Assembly: GCF_963921235.1 (NCBI RefSeq) | Contig: NC_086097.1 | Coordinates: 28,398,001 to 28,462,000, forward strand | Origin: Mobula hypostoma | Lineage: Eukaryota | DNA: 64,000 nucleotides | Direction: 5' to 3' | Shown: piece after piece, positions 47,446 to 60,874 of the stretch | Position numbering within the stretch: position 1 is the stretch's first letter | Layout of the letters: each line of letters opens with the position of its first letter | Program-made: the position numbers and the translations under genes | The notes under the pieces: generated by a model | Told to the model about the DNA's origin: nothing | Databases searched by the model: none | The model's input: the letters and a program-made list of their open reading frames with translations, nothing else

Positions 47446-47804
47446 TACGGAATTGTAACATTTATATTATCTTTGTTACTTGTAGGATAAAGGCTGTTTT
47501 CTTTTCCAGCTGGTTCTGGCTTGACCAAGTAAGCATTTCCAACATGTAGGAATGTATTTGTTGTAAAATTCAGCATGCAATCGCAGTAATAACCCATCTT
47601 TGGATTTGTAACTTTCCCTGGATTCATTGCACATTACCTCACTCTTGAAGTGTAGCCATTCTTTGACATATCCTGGAATCGATGATCTGCATTCCTGTTG
47701 GTTTAAGCACTGATCTTTCGCCAGATATCTTTTTGCCTTTACCCCTAGAAGGTCTGCAACTCCCTTGGACTTGCGCTAATCAGAATCACATCCCAACAGC
47801 AAAG

Positions 47805-49065
47805 AATAGAGAACATTACAGCACAATATAGGCCCTTCAGCCCACAATGTTGTGCCAACCCTTAAACTTACTCTAAGATCAATCTAACCCTTCTCTCCCA
47901 TATAGCCCTCCATTTCTGTACCATGTACCCAAGAATAGATGCCCCTAATGTACCTGTTTCTATCATCACCCCCTGCTCAATATACTCATCACTGTTTGTG
48001 CAAAAACCTACCTCTGACATCCCCCCTATACTTTCCTTCAATCACCTTAGAATTACGTCTCTCTTGTATTAACCATTTCCGTACTGATATACAGCTGTCC
48101 ACTTAATCTATACTTCAGATCAACACCTTGCATAGACCTGCTGCAACTGAGTCTGAGGTTCACAAAACAGTGCAACCTTTTTCAAGAGACACCAAGATTT
48201 GGGAGTGTAATGGACAGTGAGAAAGGCTATCAAAGCTTGCAGTGGGATCTGGATCAGCTGGAAAAATGGGCTGAGGAAAGGCGGATGGAATTTAATGCAG
48301 ACAAGCATGAGGTGTTGCACTTTGGGAGAACAAACCAAGGTAGAACTTACGTGGTAGGTGATAGGACACTGAGGAGTGCGGCAGAGCAGAGGGATCTGGC
48401 AATACAGATCCATAATTCCTTGAAAGCAACCTCACAGATAAATGGGATTGTAAAGGCAGCTTTTGGCCTTCATAAATCAAAGCACGGAGTACAGGAGTTG
48501 GGATGTTATGTTGAAGTTGTATAAGATGTTGGTGAGGCATAATTTGGAGTATTGTGTGTATCTCTGGTCACCTACTTACAGGAAAAATAGCCTTACGATG
48601 GAAAGAGTGCAGAAAAAATTTACAAGAATGTTGCTGGACTCGAGGACCTGAGTTTATAGGGAAAGGCCGAATAGATTAGGACTTTATTTTCTGGAGCGTA
48701 GGAGAATGAGGGGAGATTTGATAGAGGTATACAAAGTTGTGAGTTAGATGTAAGCAGGCTTTTTCCACGGAGGTTGGGTGAGACTAGAACTGGAGGTCAT
48801 GGGTTGAGGATGAAAGGGGAAATATTTAAGGGGGTCCTGAGGGGAAACCTCTTCACTCAGAGGGTGGTGAGAATGTGGAACGAGCTGCCAGTGGAATTGG
48901 TCGATGCAGGCTCAATTTCAATATTTAAGAGGTTTGGATAAATACGTGGATGGAGAGGTATAGAGGGCTATGGCCCAGGTTTGGGTCGATGAAACAAGGT
49001 GGAATAACAGTATGGCACAGACTAGATGGGCTGAAGGGCCTGTTTCTATGCTGTAGTGCCCTGTG
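47805..49065. mobile_element. CR1 fragments: 47805-48110(-) and 48190-49065(+)
   Basis: LQWDLDQLEKWAEERRMEFNADK...EQRDL, LVRHNLEYCV; CR1 tails. Confidence 0.85.
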
Positions 49066-49379
49066 GTGCTTTGGCCCATGGTGCTTGTGCTGAATTAAAC
49101 CGACCCTCTCTTCCTGCTCGTGATCCAGTTCACTCTGTTTCTCACATGCTCACGTGCATGACTGACAGCCTCCTCAGCACCTCTCCCATTCCTGCTTCCA
49201 CCACCTGTCCTGGCATCAGCACTCCCTGAGTAAAAACTGTATCCTGAGCACCTCCTTTAAATAGTCCCCCTTCACCTTGACTGCACCTCCTCTAGCACTT
49301 GACATTTCCACCTTGGGGGGAAAAAGACTTTACTTACCTACGTCAAGACTCTGTTTACTCAGCTATGGTAGGCACTATG

Positions 49380-50495
49380 GCTGAGAAAGCTTAGCAGTGC
49401 TTCTACTTCTTCAGGAGGCTAAAGAAGTTTAGCATGTCCACTTCGACCCTTACTAGTTTTTAATCGATGCACGGCAGTAAGCTTTCTATCTGTATACATC
49501 ATGGTTTGGTCTGGCGGCCACTCTTCATGTGACCCAAAATACTACAGAGCTGTGGACACAGCTCAGCACGTCACGGAAACCAGCCTCCCCTCCACAGACT
49601 CTCTCTACACTTCTTTCTGCCCCAGTAAATCAGCCTGCATATTCAGAGATGCCACCCACGCTGGAAATTCTCTCTTCTCTCCTCTCCCACCAGCTCAAGA
49701 TATGTGCATGTATATGAAAGTATGTACCATCAAGCTCAAGGACAGTACAAGGGGACTCTCGAGCTCACAGTCCATCTCGTTATGACCTTGTACTTTGTCT
49801 GCCCGCACTGCACTTTTTCTGTAACACTTTATCCTGCAGACTGTTACAGTATTGTTTCCCCTTGTACTGTCTCAATGCACGGTGTAATGTACAAGAGCAA
49901 GGATGTGATGCTGAGGCTTTATAAGACACTGCTGAGGCCTCACCTTGAGTATCATAAACAGTCTTGGGCTCCTCATCTTAGAAAAGATGTGCTGGCGTTG
50001 GAGAGGATCCAGAGGAAGATTCTGGAAATGAAAGGGTTATCATACGAGGAATGTTTGATGGCTCTGGGTCTGTACTCGCTGGAATTCAGAAGGATGAGGG
50101 GGGGATCTCATTGAAACCTTTCGAATGTTGAAAGCCTAGACAGAGTAGATGTGGAAAGGATGTTTCCCATGGTGGGACAGTCTAGGACAAGAAGGCACAG
50201 CCTCAGGATAGAGGGGCACCCTTTCAAAACAGAGATGCAGAGAAATTTCTTTAGCCAAAGGGTGGTGAATTTGTGGAATTTGTTGCCACATGCAGCTGTA
50301 GAGGGCAGATCGTTGGGTGTATTTAAGGCAGAGATTGACAGGTTCTTGATTGGACATGGCATCAAAGGTTACGGGGAGAAGGCCTGGAACTGGGGTCGAG
50401 GAGGAGATTAAAGAAAAGGATCAGCCATGATCGAATAGCGGAGCAGACTCGATGGGACAGATGGCCTAATTCTGCTCCTATGTCTTATGGTCATG
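49380..50495 (+). mobile_element. Rex1 3' fragment (49380-49890) with a CR1 3' fragment (49888-50492) inserted in its tail
   Basis: Rex1 RAVDTAQHVTETSLPS; CR1 KSKDVMLRLYKTLLRPHLEY and FFSQRVVNLWNLLP. Confidence 0.85.
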
Positions 50496-50744
50496 AATTG
50501 ATCTGCACAGAGGTTATGAAAAGCAAGTTCTTCTCTGTACCTTGGTACATGTGACATGAATAACCTAATTTAAATATAGAACAGTACAGGACTTTTGGCC
50601 CACAATGTTGTGCTGACCAAGATAAACCTACCCTACAATCAACCTAGCCCTTCCCTCCAACACAGTCCATACCCCTCCATTTTTCTTGGTTCACTCGAGC
50701 TTTTGTTCTGATTTGCTGAACAGCATAGAATGGGAACAGACCCT

Positions 50745-51690
50745 TCAGCTCTTCTTTGAGTCCTGATGAAGGGTCTCGGCCCAAACATCAACAGTTTAAT
50801 TCCCCTCCATCAGTGCTGCCTGACCTGCTGAGTTCCTCTAGCATTGCGTGTGTGTTGCTCAAGATTTCCAGCAACTGCAGAATCTCTCATGTTTATAAAC
50901 ATCTCTCAATTGTATAAAACTCTGTCAGGTCTCTCCTTAGCCTCCAGGGAAACTATTGCAATTGACAACTTCTGGAAATGTCACTCTGCTCTCTTTCCAT
51001 TTTAGCTCACCTCTTATCGCTTTCTTTTCCAACCAACCCATCACCTCCCTCTGGTGCCCCTTCTCCTTCCCTTTCTCCCATGGTCCACTCTCCTCCCCTG
51101 CGGACACAGCCTCAGGATAGGGGGGCACCCTTTCAAAACAGAGACATGGAGAAATTTCTTTAGCCAAAGGGTGGTGAATTTATGGAATTTGTTGCCACAT
51201 GCAGCTGTGGAGGCCAGGTCGTTTGGTATATTTAAGGCAGAGATTGATAGGTTCTTGATTGGACATGGCATCAAAGATTACGGGGAGAAGGCCGGGAACT
51301 GGGGTTGAGGAGGAGAAAAAAAAAGGATCAGCCATGATTGAATGGCGGAGCAGACTCCATGGGCCAGATGGCCTAATTTTGCTTCTAAGTGTTATGGTCT
51401 ATCAGAATCCTTCTTTATCCCTTCACCTCTTATTCCTATAACCCCCCAGCTTCTAACTTCACGTCCCCCACAACCAATCCACCTTTCCCCTCACCTCATC
51501 TCACCTATCAACTGCCAGCTTGTACTCCTTCTCTTCCCCTCCCCTCCCACCCCCAATCTTCCTAATATGGTTTCTTCCCCTATCCATTCCAGTCCTGGTG
51601 AAGGGCCTCAGCCCGAAACGTCAAATGTTGGTGTTTATTCCTCTCCATAGATGCTGCCTGACCTGCTGAGATCCCGTGCGTTACTGTGGA
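50745..51690 (+). mobile_element. Two tandem Penelope 3' ends with decayed hammerheads; the second is interrupted by a CR1 fragment (~51100-51400)
   Basis: agtcctgatgaagggtctcggcccaaacatc (50759) and agtcctggtgaagggcctcagcccgaaacgtc (51591), each followed by ...tgctgcctgacctgctgag. Confidence 0.8.
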
Positions 51691-52104
51691 CCAGGGAGAA
51701 GTCCTTTGTGGTGGGCTGGGGGACAGCGTGTGGCCAGGGAGAAGCTGAGGAACAGACGTGTGTTACGACATCTCAGTGGCTCTGAGGAAGTCATTGACTT
51801 GGGGTTGATATTGAGGGTTGGGTGACTGTCTGAAAACGGTGGTCACATAGATGAATGGTCAGCAACGTGCTCAGTAAGACTTCCATTCCATTCCGTGCGC
51901 CAATACGACATGCAGAATCACTTGGGAATTTAGATACCAGCTACCAGGGTATCAGCAGGTGAATTCCAAACAGACTACCTCATAGATAAAGGTTAACTTT
52001 ATTTGTCACGTGTACATCGCAACATTGAAGCATACAATGAAATGCATAGTTTGCGTAAATGACCAACACAGTCCAAGGACGTGCTGGGGGCAACCCACAA
52101 GCGT

Positions 52105-52395
52105 AAAAGGGGCCCTTAGGATCATTGGGGACCCAAGTCAGCCCAACCACAATCTACACCGGCTGCTACCATCCGGGAAATGGTACCACAGCATAAAAGC
52201 CAGGACCAATAGGCTCCGGGACAGCTTCTTCCACCAGGCAATCAGACTGATAACTCACGCTGATTTGAGTGTACTCTGTATTACACTGACCATTATTTAT
52301 TATAAATTACTATGATTGCACATTTGGATGGAGAAGTAACATAAAGATTTTTACTTCTCATGTATGTGAAGGATGTAAGAGATAAGGTCACTCCA
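52105..52395 (+). mobile_element. Rex1 3' end inserted in an inverted SINE
   Basis: IIGDPSQPNHNLHRLLPSGKWYHSIKARTNRLRDSFFHQAIRL. Confidence 0.85.
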
Positions 52396-52964
52396 TTCCC
52401 ATGCCAAATGGCCATGCCCACAACACACTGACCCCTAACCTGTACGTCTTTGGAATGTGGGAGGAAACCAGAACACCCGGAGAAAAGCCAAGCTGAATGG
52501 ACTGACTCCTGCTAGACAGCAGCAGGAAATAAACCCTGATTGCTGGCGTGGTAAAGCATTACTCTAACTGTGCCGCACACACGGTAAGGTTAACATACCC
52601 GCCAAGCCAGTGGAACTAACACAGTGGGCAGAGCAAATAGTTTATCCAGTTTTCTCACTGCAAGTCACCAGCTTTGCAGGATGCACGCTCATACCACATC
52701 ATGTTCCAGCTGCCAGTTGTTCTTCCCAGAGAGCGGAATACAACTGGCAACCTTCCCAGCATTAACAGGAATGTTTTCCTTTCGTTCAACTGCCTCATAG
52801 GAATAGGAAAAGGTCAGTAAGCCTCTTGAATTCGCTCCAGAAATCAATCACACCATGACTATTCTTTTATTTTGGTCAAATCCCATAACACAGTTGGCAA
52901 ATTAAAATCTCTGCTCTGCAATTTTCATCAATAAGACTTGATGTGGAAAGGGGGACCATTTTGT

Positions 52965-53520
52965 CGAGCACCTTTGATCTGTATGCAGCAAGGAGGATTT
53001 CCCAGTAGCTAATCATTTTAATTCCAATCCCAACGTGTCAGTCAATGGCTTCCTTGACTGCCACAATGAGGCCACACTCAGGCTGGAGGAGCAACTGCTC
53101 TTATGCTGTCTGGGTAGTCTCCGACAAGAGAATTGATTTCTCTACATTCTGGTCATTTTTTCTCCCCTCCTCCTTCTCTGATTTTCCATTCCCTGTTCTG
53201 GCCCCTCTCACTGCCTATCACTGCCATCTGCTGCCCCTCCTCCTTCCCTTTCTCCTACGGTCCATTCTCCTCTCCGATCAGATTCCTTCTTCTTCAGCCC
53301 TTTACCTTTTCCATCTATCATCTCTCAGTTTCATCCCACTCTCCAACCCACCTATCTGGTCTCACTTATCTTCTGCCAGCTTGTACTCCTTCCCCTTGCC
53401 CATCTTTTTATCCTGATTTCTTCCCCTTTCCTTTCCAATCCTGGTGAAGGGTCTTGGTTGACTCCCTATTTGACTCCACAGATGCTACTTGACTTGCTGT
53501 GTTCTCATTTTGTGTGTGTT
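52965..53520 (+). mobile_element. Old Penelope 3' fragment (GIY-YIG remnant plus UTR; hammerhead partly deleted)
   Basis: gatttcccagtagctaatcatttt, gaggccacactcaggctggaggagcaac and ctggtgaagggtcttgg are homologous to 12907-13775. Confidence 0.8.
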
Positions 53521-53559
53521 CCTCTGTGATGTGATATAAACCAATTTACCAAGCAATCT

Positions 53560-54692
53560 CCTATTTGGATGTGCAAGACAGCACTGTGAGGATCAGGTAT
53601 TTTGGTTTCTCCAGTGCCTTCAATACCGTACCTCATTGCTGGGGGGTAAAGCTCCATTCAATGCAGGCTGGCATTTCCATTGTATCCTGGATAATGGACT
53701 ACCTGACTGGCAGACCACAGTTTGTGTGGCTTCAGAACTGTGTGTCAGACATGGTTATAAGCAGCACTGAGGCCCCACAGGGGACTGTATTGCTCTCTTC
53801 CTGTTTACCACCTATACCTCAGACTTCAGATACAACACTGAGTCATGTCACCTGCAGAAATACTCTGATGACTCAGCAATAGTTTGGTGTATAAAGGGAG
53901 AACGGGAAGATGAATACAGGGCCCTGGTAGAGGACTTTGTCAAATGGTGCAAACTGACTCATCGGCAGCTCAACATCAGTCAGACAAAGGAGATGGTGAT
54001 GGACTTTAGGAAGACTAAACCTGCACTGCTCTCTGGTACTATTAATGGTGAGGGCATGGATGTGGTGAGGACCTACAAGTACCCAGGTGGGCACCTGTTT
54101 AATAGACTTGAGTGGAGCACCAATACAGAGGCCTTGTACAAGAAGGGCCAGAGTCACCTCTACTTCCTGAGGAGACTGAGATCCTTTGGAGTATGCAGGC
54201 CTCTCCTTCACATGTTCACCAGTCTGTTGTTGCCAGTACAACCTTCTATGTGGTGGTGTGCTGGGGCAATGGCATCAACACGGGTGATGCCAACAGGGTC
54301 AATAAACTGATTAGAAAGGCTGGCTCGGTTATAGGAGTCAAACTGGACACGCTGGAGGCTGTGGAAGAACAAAGGACCCCCCCCCCCCGGAAAATCCTGG
54401 CGATTCTGGACAATGTTTCTCACCCTCTGCATGCCACCTTGGCTAAACTGAGGAGCAGTTTTAGCAATAGACTAAGGCAACTGCACTGATCCAAAGAGCG
54501 CTATATGAGGTCATTCTTACCCTCGGCCATTAAGCCCTATAATGGGTCAACCTGTCGCCGGGGACGTGATGACCCCCTCCTGTTAGACTATTTGAAGTAA
54601 ATTATTTTTTATTCTTTCTTACTTCTCTTCTAATATTTGTAATGCTACTCTGACACTGTAATTTCCTTAGGGATCAATGAGGTATCTATCTC
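53560..54692 (+). mobile_element. Rex1/Babar RT fragment
   Basis: FSSAFNT, WIMDYLTGRPQFV, APQGTVL, KKGQSHLYFLRRL, NVSHPLH; tail gatcaatgaggtatctatct. Confidence 0.88.
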
Positions 54693-54979
54693 ATTTAAAC
54701 TCCAACGTCATGGTGAGGGATTCCAGGGCTGCAATGTGTCCTCCACCATACCAAGCAACCTAACCCTGAAGTTATGTTTATGACTCTTTAATCAGAAGAA
54801 ATAGTTTTGGATCATCTTGCTTAACAAAATTTCATTCTAAATATCTCATTTGGAGCAGCACACTCACTTGAATGCTCAAGGGAATATGTCCACTCTGTTC
54901 AAATACAAAAATAAATAACCTTAAGTGGAGATAATTGAACAGGAGCAGAGAGAAAGCAGAGTACTCAGATTAAAGGAGA

Positions 54980-55292
54980 TGAAAGACTAGTTTTATCTGT
55001 CACATGTACATCGAAACATACAGTGAAATGCATTGCTGGTGTCAAATCAAATCAGCGAAGGTAATCCGCAAGTGTCACCACGATTCCAGTGCCAACATAA
55101 CATGCCCACAACTCCCTAACCCTAATCCGTATGTCCTTGGGATGTGGGAGGAAGCTAGAGCACCCAGAGAAAACCCACAAGGTCACGGGGAGAACACAAT
55201 CTCCTTACAGACAACGCCGGGAATCAAACCCCTATCGGAGATCGCTAATGCTGTTAAGGTATTGCGTTAACCCCTACGCTACCGCGCTGCCC
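54980..55292 (-). mobile_element. tRNA-SINE, inverted
   Basis: Reverse complement has head ggcagcgcggtagcgtaggggttaacgcaat and B box ggtttgattccc. Confidence 0.75.
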
Positions 55293-55464
55293 ATTTTGCT
55301 ACTATAACAGGGACACAAGGCAGAAAAGTAAACTGAAGGAAAAAAAATGAGATTGAACTATCTAGGGGCAGATCACTGAAAAAAATCCCACCTTCCAGAC
55401 ACCTTAAAGTTACGCCCCCTTGGATTAGCCAGTCTGCCATGGGAAAAGTCATTGGCTTTCCACT

Positions 55465-57350
55465 CATCTTGTGTACCCTATCAAGTCACCTCTCATCCTC
55501 GCTCACTCCAAAGAGAAATGCTCCAGCTCACTCAACCTCTTCTAATAAGACATGCTCTCCAATTCAATTCTAGTAAATCCCCAGTGTACTCTCTGAAACT
55601 CCCACACGCTTCCCATAAAGAGGTGACCAGACAGAACATAACACTCCAGTGTGGTCTAATCAGGATTTTACAGAGCCACAACATTACATCACAGCTCTTG
55701 AACTCAATATCCTGACTAATGAAGGGCAACACACCATACACCTTCTTAACCACTCTGTTAACTTGTGCAGTAACTTTGAGAGATCTATGGATGTGCATCT
55801 CAAAATCTCTCTGCTCTGCCACACTGCTAAGAATTCTGCCATTAACTTTGTACTCTGCCTTCAAGTTCAACCCTTCAAAATGTCTCGTCCTGTCAATGGC
55901 CCTCCCCCACTGCAATCTACAACAATCTTCTGCACTATTCACAACACCGCTGACGTTTTGAAAACAGTTGAAGTTCTTTATAGGTTAGAAATTGAGATGT
56001 TTCCATGTGAATCAGACCAGCATACTTTTACTTTCAGTATGGGAGTAAATCCATAGGGGAATGCAGCGGACTGTAGGATTCAGTAACAAGCTGAGTGATT
56101 GAGATGAACAGTGAAAATGTAGATTCATACAGTACAGATTCAGTCATAGCATCATACAGCACAGAACCAGACCCTTTGGGCCATCATGTCTATGCTGACC
56201 ATAAAGTACCTGTCACAAGATCACAAGACAAAGGAGCAGAAGTAGGCCATTCGGCCCATTGAGTCTGCTCCGCAGCTCCCCCATGGGCTAAACTATTCAC
56301 CCATCTAGTTCCAATTTCCGGCTTTTCCCCCATATCCCTTGATACCCTGACTAATTAGATACCTGTCAATCTCCTCCTTAAACACCCTCAATGATCAGGC
56401 CTCCAGAGCCATATGTGGCAACAAATTCCACAAATCCACGACCCTTTGGCTAAAAAAATTTCTCCTCATCTCTGTTTTAACTGGGTACCCTCTAATTCTA
56501 AGACTATGGCCTCTTGTCCTGGACTCACCCACCAAGGGGAAACAACCTTTCCACATCTACTCTGTCCAACCCTTTCAACATTCGAAACGTTTCTATGAGA
56601 TCCCCTCTCATTCTTCTATACTCTAATGAAAACAATCCAAGAGCCCACAGACGCTCCTCATATGTTAGCCCCTGCATTCCAGGAATCATCCTCGTAAATC
56701 TTCTCTGAACTCTCTCCAACATCAGTATATCCTTTCTAAGATAGGGGGCCCAAAACTGCACATAGTATTCCAAATGAGGTCTCACTAATGCCCCATAGAG
56801 CCTCATCAACACCTCCTTGCTCCTATACACTATTCCTCTTGAAATGAATGCCAACATAGCATTCGCTTTCCTTGCCGCCAATCCAACTTGGTGGTTAACC
56901 TTTAGGGTATCCTGCACGAGGACCCCCAAGTCCCTTTGCACTTCCGATTTTTGAATTTTCTCCCCATCTAAATAATAATCTGCCCGATTATTTCTTCTTC
57001 CGAAATGTACAACCGTACATTTGTCAACGTTGTATCTCATCTGCCATTTCTTTGCCCACTCTCCTAAACTGACTAAGTCTCTCTGCAACCTTTCCGTTTC
57101 TTCAACACTTCCTGCACCTCCACCTATCTTGGTGTCATATGCAAACTTAGCCACAAAACCATTTAATCCATAATCTATATCAACAACATACATTGTAAAA
57201 AGAAGCGGCCCCAACACCGACCCCCTGCGGAACACCACTAGTAACTGGCAACCAATCAGAATAGGATCCCTTTATTCCCACCCTTTGCTTTCTGCCTATC
57301 AGCCAATGCTCCACCCATTCCAATATCTTTCCTGTAATTCCATGGGCTCA
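55465..57350 (-). mobile_element. CR1 fragments: 55465-55945 (old) and 56213-57350 (younger)
   Basis: ORF 56525-57238(-) GSVLGPLLF...AKFAYDTKIG...LVRPHLEY. Confidence 0.9.
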
Positions 57351-57359
57351 TAACGGTCC

Positions 57360-58990
57360 ATACCGTTATTATTGTCACGTGTACTGAGATACAGTGAAAA
57401 GTCTGTCTTACGCACTGTTCGCACAGACCAATTCATTAGATTCCATAGGTATATTTAATGTCAGAGAAATGTATACAATATACATCCTGAAATTACGACA
57501 GTGCGTTGAGGTAGAACAAGTTAAGTAATAACAGAATGCAGAATAAAGTGATACAATTGTAGAGGAATGTAATTAAACAATAAAGTAGAAGAAAGTTTGA
57601 GAGGTCATGAGTCCACCTCCTCATATTAGGGGACCACTCAGTCTTGTAACAGCGGGGTAGGATTTGACCCAAGCCTGATGGTACATGCTTTCGGGCATTT
57701 GTATCTTCTGCCCATTGGGAAGGGGGAGAAAATAGCTAGATGGGGGTCTTTGATTTTGTTGGCCATGTTACTGAGGCAACAAGAGGTATAGACTGAATCC
57801 ATGGAGGGGAGGCTGCTTTCCGTGACACGCTGAACTGTGTCCACAACTCTCTGCAGTTTCTTGCAGTCGCAGGCAGAGCAAATGCCTTAGCAAGCCATGA
57901 TGCATCCTTGAGCCTGGGGGCTTGTGCTCTCAGTATCTTCTGCCCAGTGGAAGAGGGAAGGAGAGAGAATGTCATCTAATCCCTTTTTACTATGAACCAC
58001 ATTGAATAGATGGATAGGTGAATGGGGCAGGTCTGACTAGAAGGATGCAGATGGGGTGAGAAGGATAGACTAGAATTACAAGCATGGACATACCCACTTC
58101 AGTGACGTACATTCTCAGTAACTGACCCAAGGCAGAGCATGCATGTCATGTTATCATGAACTTTATGCACAGCTTATGAAAGTTACACCTGGGAGTAAAA
58201 GAAAACTGGCAGATGGAAAGGCAAGTTACACCAAAGAATCAAGGCCACCGGAAATATAGTAGTAGGACTATGATTATGTCTCCAGCCAACTCAGGGTATG
58301 TAGTTTTCCATCTCATTGAGGTCATACCATATACAAGACAACAAACTAGTTCATTCACAAACCACAATGAACGAATAAGATGTGTTTTAAGTCACACCCC
58401 AGGTAACGTTCTTCATAGGAACAGATCATTCAACCTATGGAGTTTGTGCCAATTATTTACACAAATCCCAATTTATTTTCCCCACATTCCAATCAATTTT
58501 CCATGGATCTGATTATAGAACATAGAACAGTACAGTACAGGCCCTTCAGCCCAAGTTGTGCCAGTCTTTTAATCTACTCCAAAATCAACCTAACCCTTCC
58601 TTCCCTCATAGCCCTCCATTTTTCTTTCATCCATGTGCCAATCCAAGAGCTCCTTAAATGTCCCTAATGTATCTGCCTCTACCACTACCACGGAAGGGAG
58701 CATGTCCAGGGTGGGTGGGGTGTTTAATTTTGCTGGCTGCTTTACTGAGGCAGTGCCAAGTATAGACAGAGGGCAGGTCCCTGTGATGTGCTGATCTGTG
58801 CCCCCAACTCTGCAGATTCTTCTGGGCACATACCAGGACGTGATGCATCCAAGAGCAATGGTTTCTATGGCACATTGATAAAAATTGGTAAGGGTCAACA
58901 GGGACATACCAAATTTCTCGAGGAAATAGAGGCGTTGGTGAGCTTTCTTGGCTGTGGCATCAATGTCATTGGACCAGGACAGTCTATCAG
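57360..58990 (-). mobile_element. Rex1 fragments (57360-57950, 58700-58990) and a CR1 tail (58515-58690), with unique sequence between
   Basis: LSWSNDIDATAKKAHQRLYFL; NKIKDPH...GRRYK. Confidence 0.7.
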
Positions 58991-59292
58991 CTGAGTAGTG
59001 TTTAAATGTTTTTGAAGGCTGTTTACAGAGTGGATCCGCACAGCTCAACGCCGGGACTTGCCTTTTGGCAGGTGTCAGTGGTTCACTTTTCAGGGTAAGA
59101 GTCATGATTAGGAAGATGGTGCAAGTAATGCAAAAGTTGACAGTGTGTTTGTTAACGGGGAGGGAAACTGTGAACAGAAAGAATACATTAGTGGGCCACT
59201 TCACAAACACTACTCAGAGCTGGGAGGTGTGAAGCCATGCAAAGGGGAAGGCCCATTGTCAAGGGTATAAGGGAAGAATGTCAGCATAGTGG

Positions 59293-59690
59293 CACACACA
59301 AAATGGTGGCGGATCTCAGCAGGTCAGACAGCATCTGTGGAGAGGAATAAATAGTTGATGTTTCGGGCTGAGGCACTTCATCAGGACTAGTAAGGAAACA
59401 GGAAGAAGGTAGGTGATAAGGGTAGGCGATAGGTGAGACCAGGTAAGGGGGAGGGTGAAGGGCAGGGTAAAGAGAGAAGCTGGGAGGTGATATGTGGAAG
59501 AGATAAAGAAGGAAGAGGAATCTGACAGAAGAGGAGAGTGGACCATGGAAGGAAGGGAAGGAGGAGGGGTTCCAGAGGGAGGTGATAGGCAGAAGAGGAG
59601 AAGGGGTGAGAGGGAAACCAGAGTGGAGAATGGAAAAAGAGAGAAGGAAGAAGGGCGGGGGGGGGGGGGAGAGAAATTACCAGAAGTCAA
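59293..59690 (-). mobile_element. Penelope 3' UTR with a partly decayed hammerhead (59353-59388)
   Basis: Minus strand agtc-ctgatga-agtgcctcagccc-gaaa-catc-aact. Confidence 0.8.
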
Positions 59691-59704
59691 AGAGGTAACT
59701 CTCC

Positions 59705-60600
59705 AGGGTGGCATCATAGTGTAGCAGTTAGCGTAACGCTTTACACCACCAGTGACTGGGTTCAATTCCCACCACTGTCTGTAAGGAGTTTGTACATTCT
59801 CCCTGTGACTTCATGACTTTCTTCTGTTTCCTCTCACACTCCAAAGACATACACGTTAGGATAAGTAAGCTGTAGGCATTCTATGTTGGCACTGGAAGCA
59901 TGTTGTTGTCCTTAGACTGCATTGGTTGGTGATACAAACAACACACGTCACTATATGTTTTGCTGCTTCAAAGTACAAGTAACAAACAAAACCAATCTTA
60001 TCTCTCTGTGGATCTAACAGCTTAGCCAACTTGTCTCTCGAACCACATCTTCCCCTTGCTTCGTACATGAAAGGGAAATAAAGTGATATTAACAGCAACT
60101 TGCTTCATGCAGTCTCTTTCACAAACTTGCAGCAGCATTTCTTTTCCTAAGGACAGGCCCCTTTTGTAAAGGCAAGCCGGTTTACACACTGTCATCTCCC
60201 ACAAGCAGCAAGACCTGAGCAGAAACTTCATCTGCAATGTCGGTTGAGAGATTGATTTTGCCCAATGCATTAAAGAAAGATTAGTTTTGTTTGTCACAGG
60301 TACACCAAAACATTGAAACATACCATAAAATGTGTCATTAGTGCCAACGACCAACACTCTGAGGATGTGCTGGGCGCAGCCTTCAAGTGTCACTGTGCTT
60401 TCAGCACAACATAGTATGTCCACAACTCACTGACCCTGACCTGTACGCCTTTGGAACGTGGAAGGAAAGCAGAACACCAGGAGGAAACCTACGCAGTCAC
60501 GGGGAGAACGTACAAACTCCTTACAGACAATGGTGGGAATTGAACTCCGATCGATATTCATCGTCGCTGTAAAGTGTTGCGCTATCCACTCTGCTGCTGT
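59705..60600. mobile_element. Two tRNA-SINEs of one family in opposite orientation: 59705-60003(+) and 60277-60600(-)
   Basis: gtgtagcagttagcgtaacgctttac head, ggttcaattccc B box, ctgtaaggagtttgtac core; reverse complement gtacaaactccttacagac in the second copy. Confidence 0.78.
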
Positions 60601-60619
60601 TATGCTACCGTGCCGCCAT

Positions 60620-60830
60620 TACATAGATCTATCATCACCATCCCCCCTCCACCACCTGGCCCCATCTGCCCATTAGCCTCCTTCACCTGGTTCCACCCAT
60701 TACCCTGCTCCCTCACAAACCTCTCCTCCCTACCCTCTCAGTCCTGATGTAGGGTTTCCACCTGAAACATCAACCATCCCTTTTCCCTATTGTCTCATCA
60801 GTTAAGTTCCTCCAGTACTATTTTTTGTAT
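60620..60830 (+). mobile_element. Old Penelope 3' end with decayed hammerhead (60740-60775)
   Basis: agtcctgatgtagggtttccacctgaaacatcaac. Confidence 0.65.
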
Positions 60831-60874
60831 GACTTTAGGGCTGTCTTACAGAATGTAAAATACCCAGGCTGATT

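Noticed and set aside
58590..59210. 206-aa minus-strand ORF as a host gene
   Set aside because: Chance fusion of unique sequence, a Rex1 fragment and a CR1 tail
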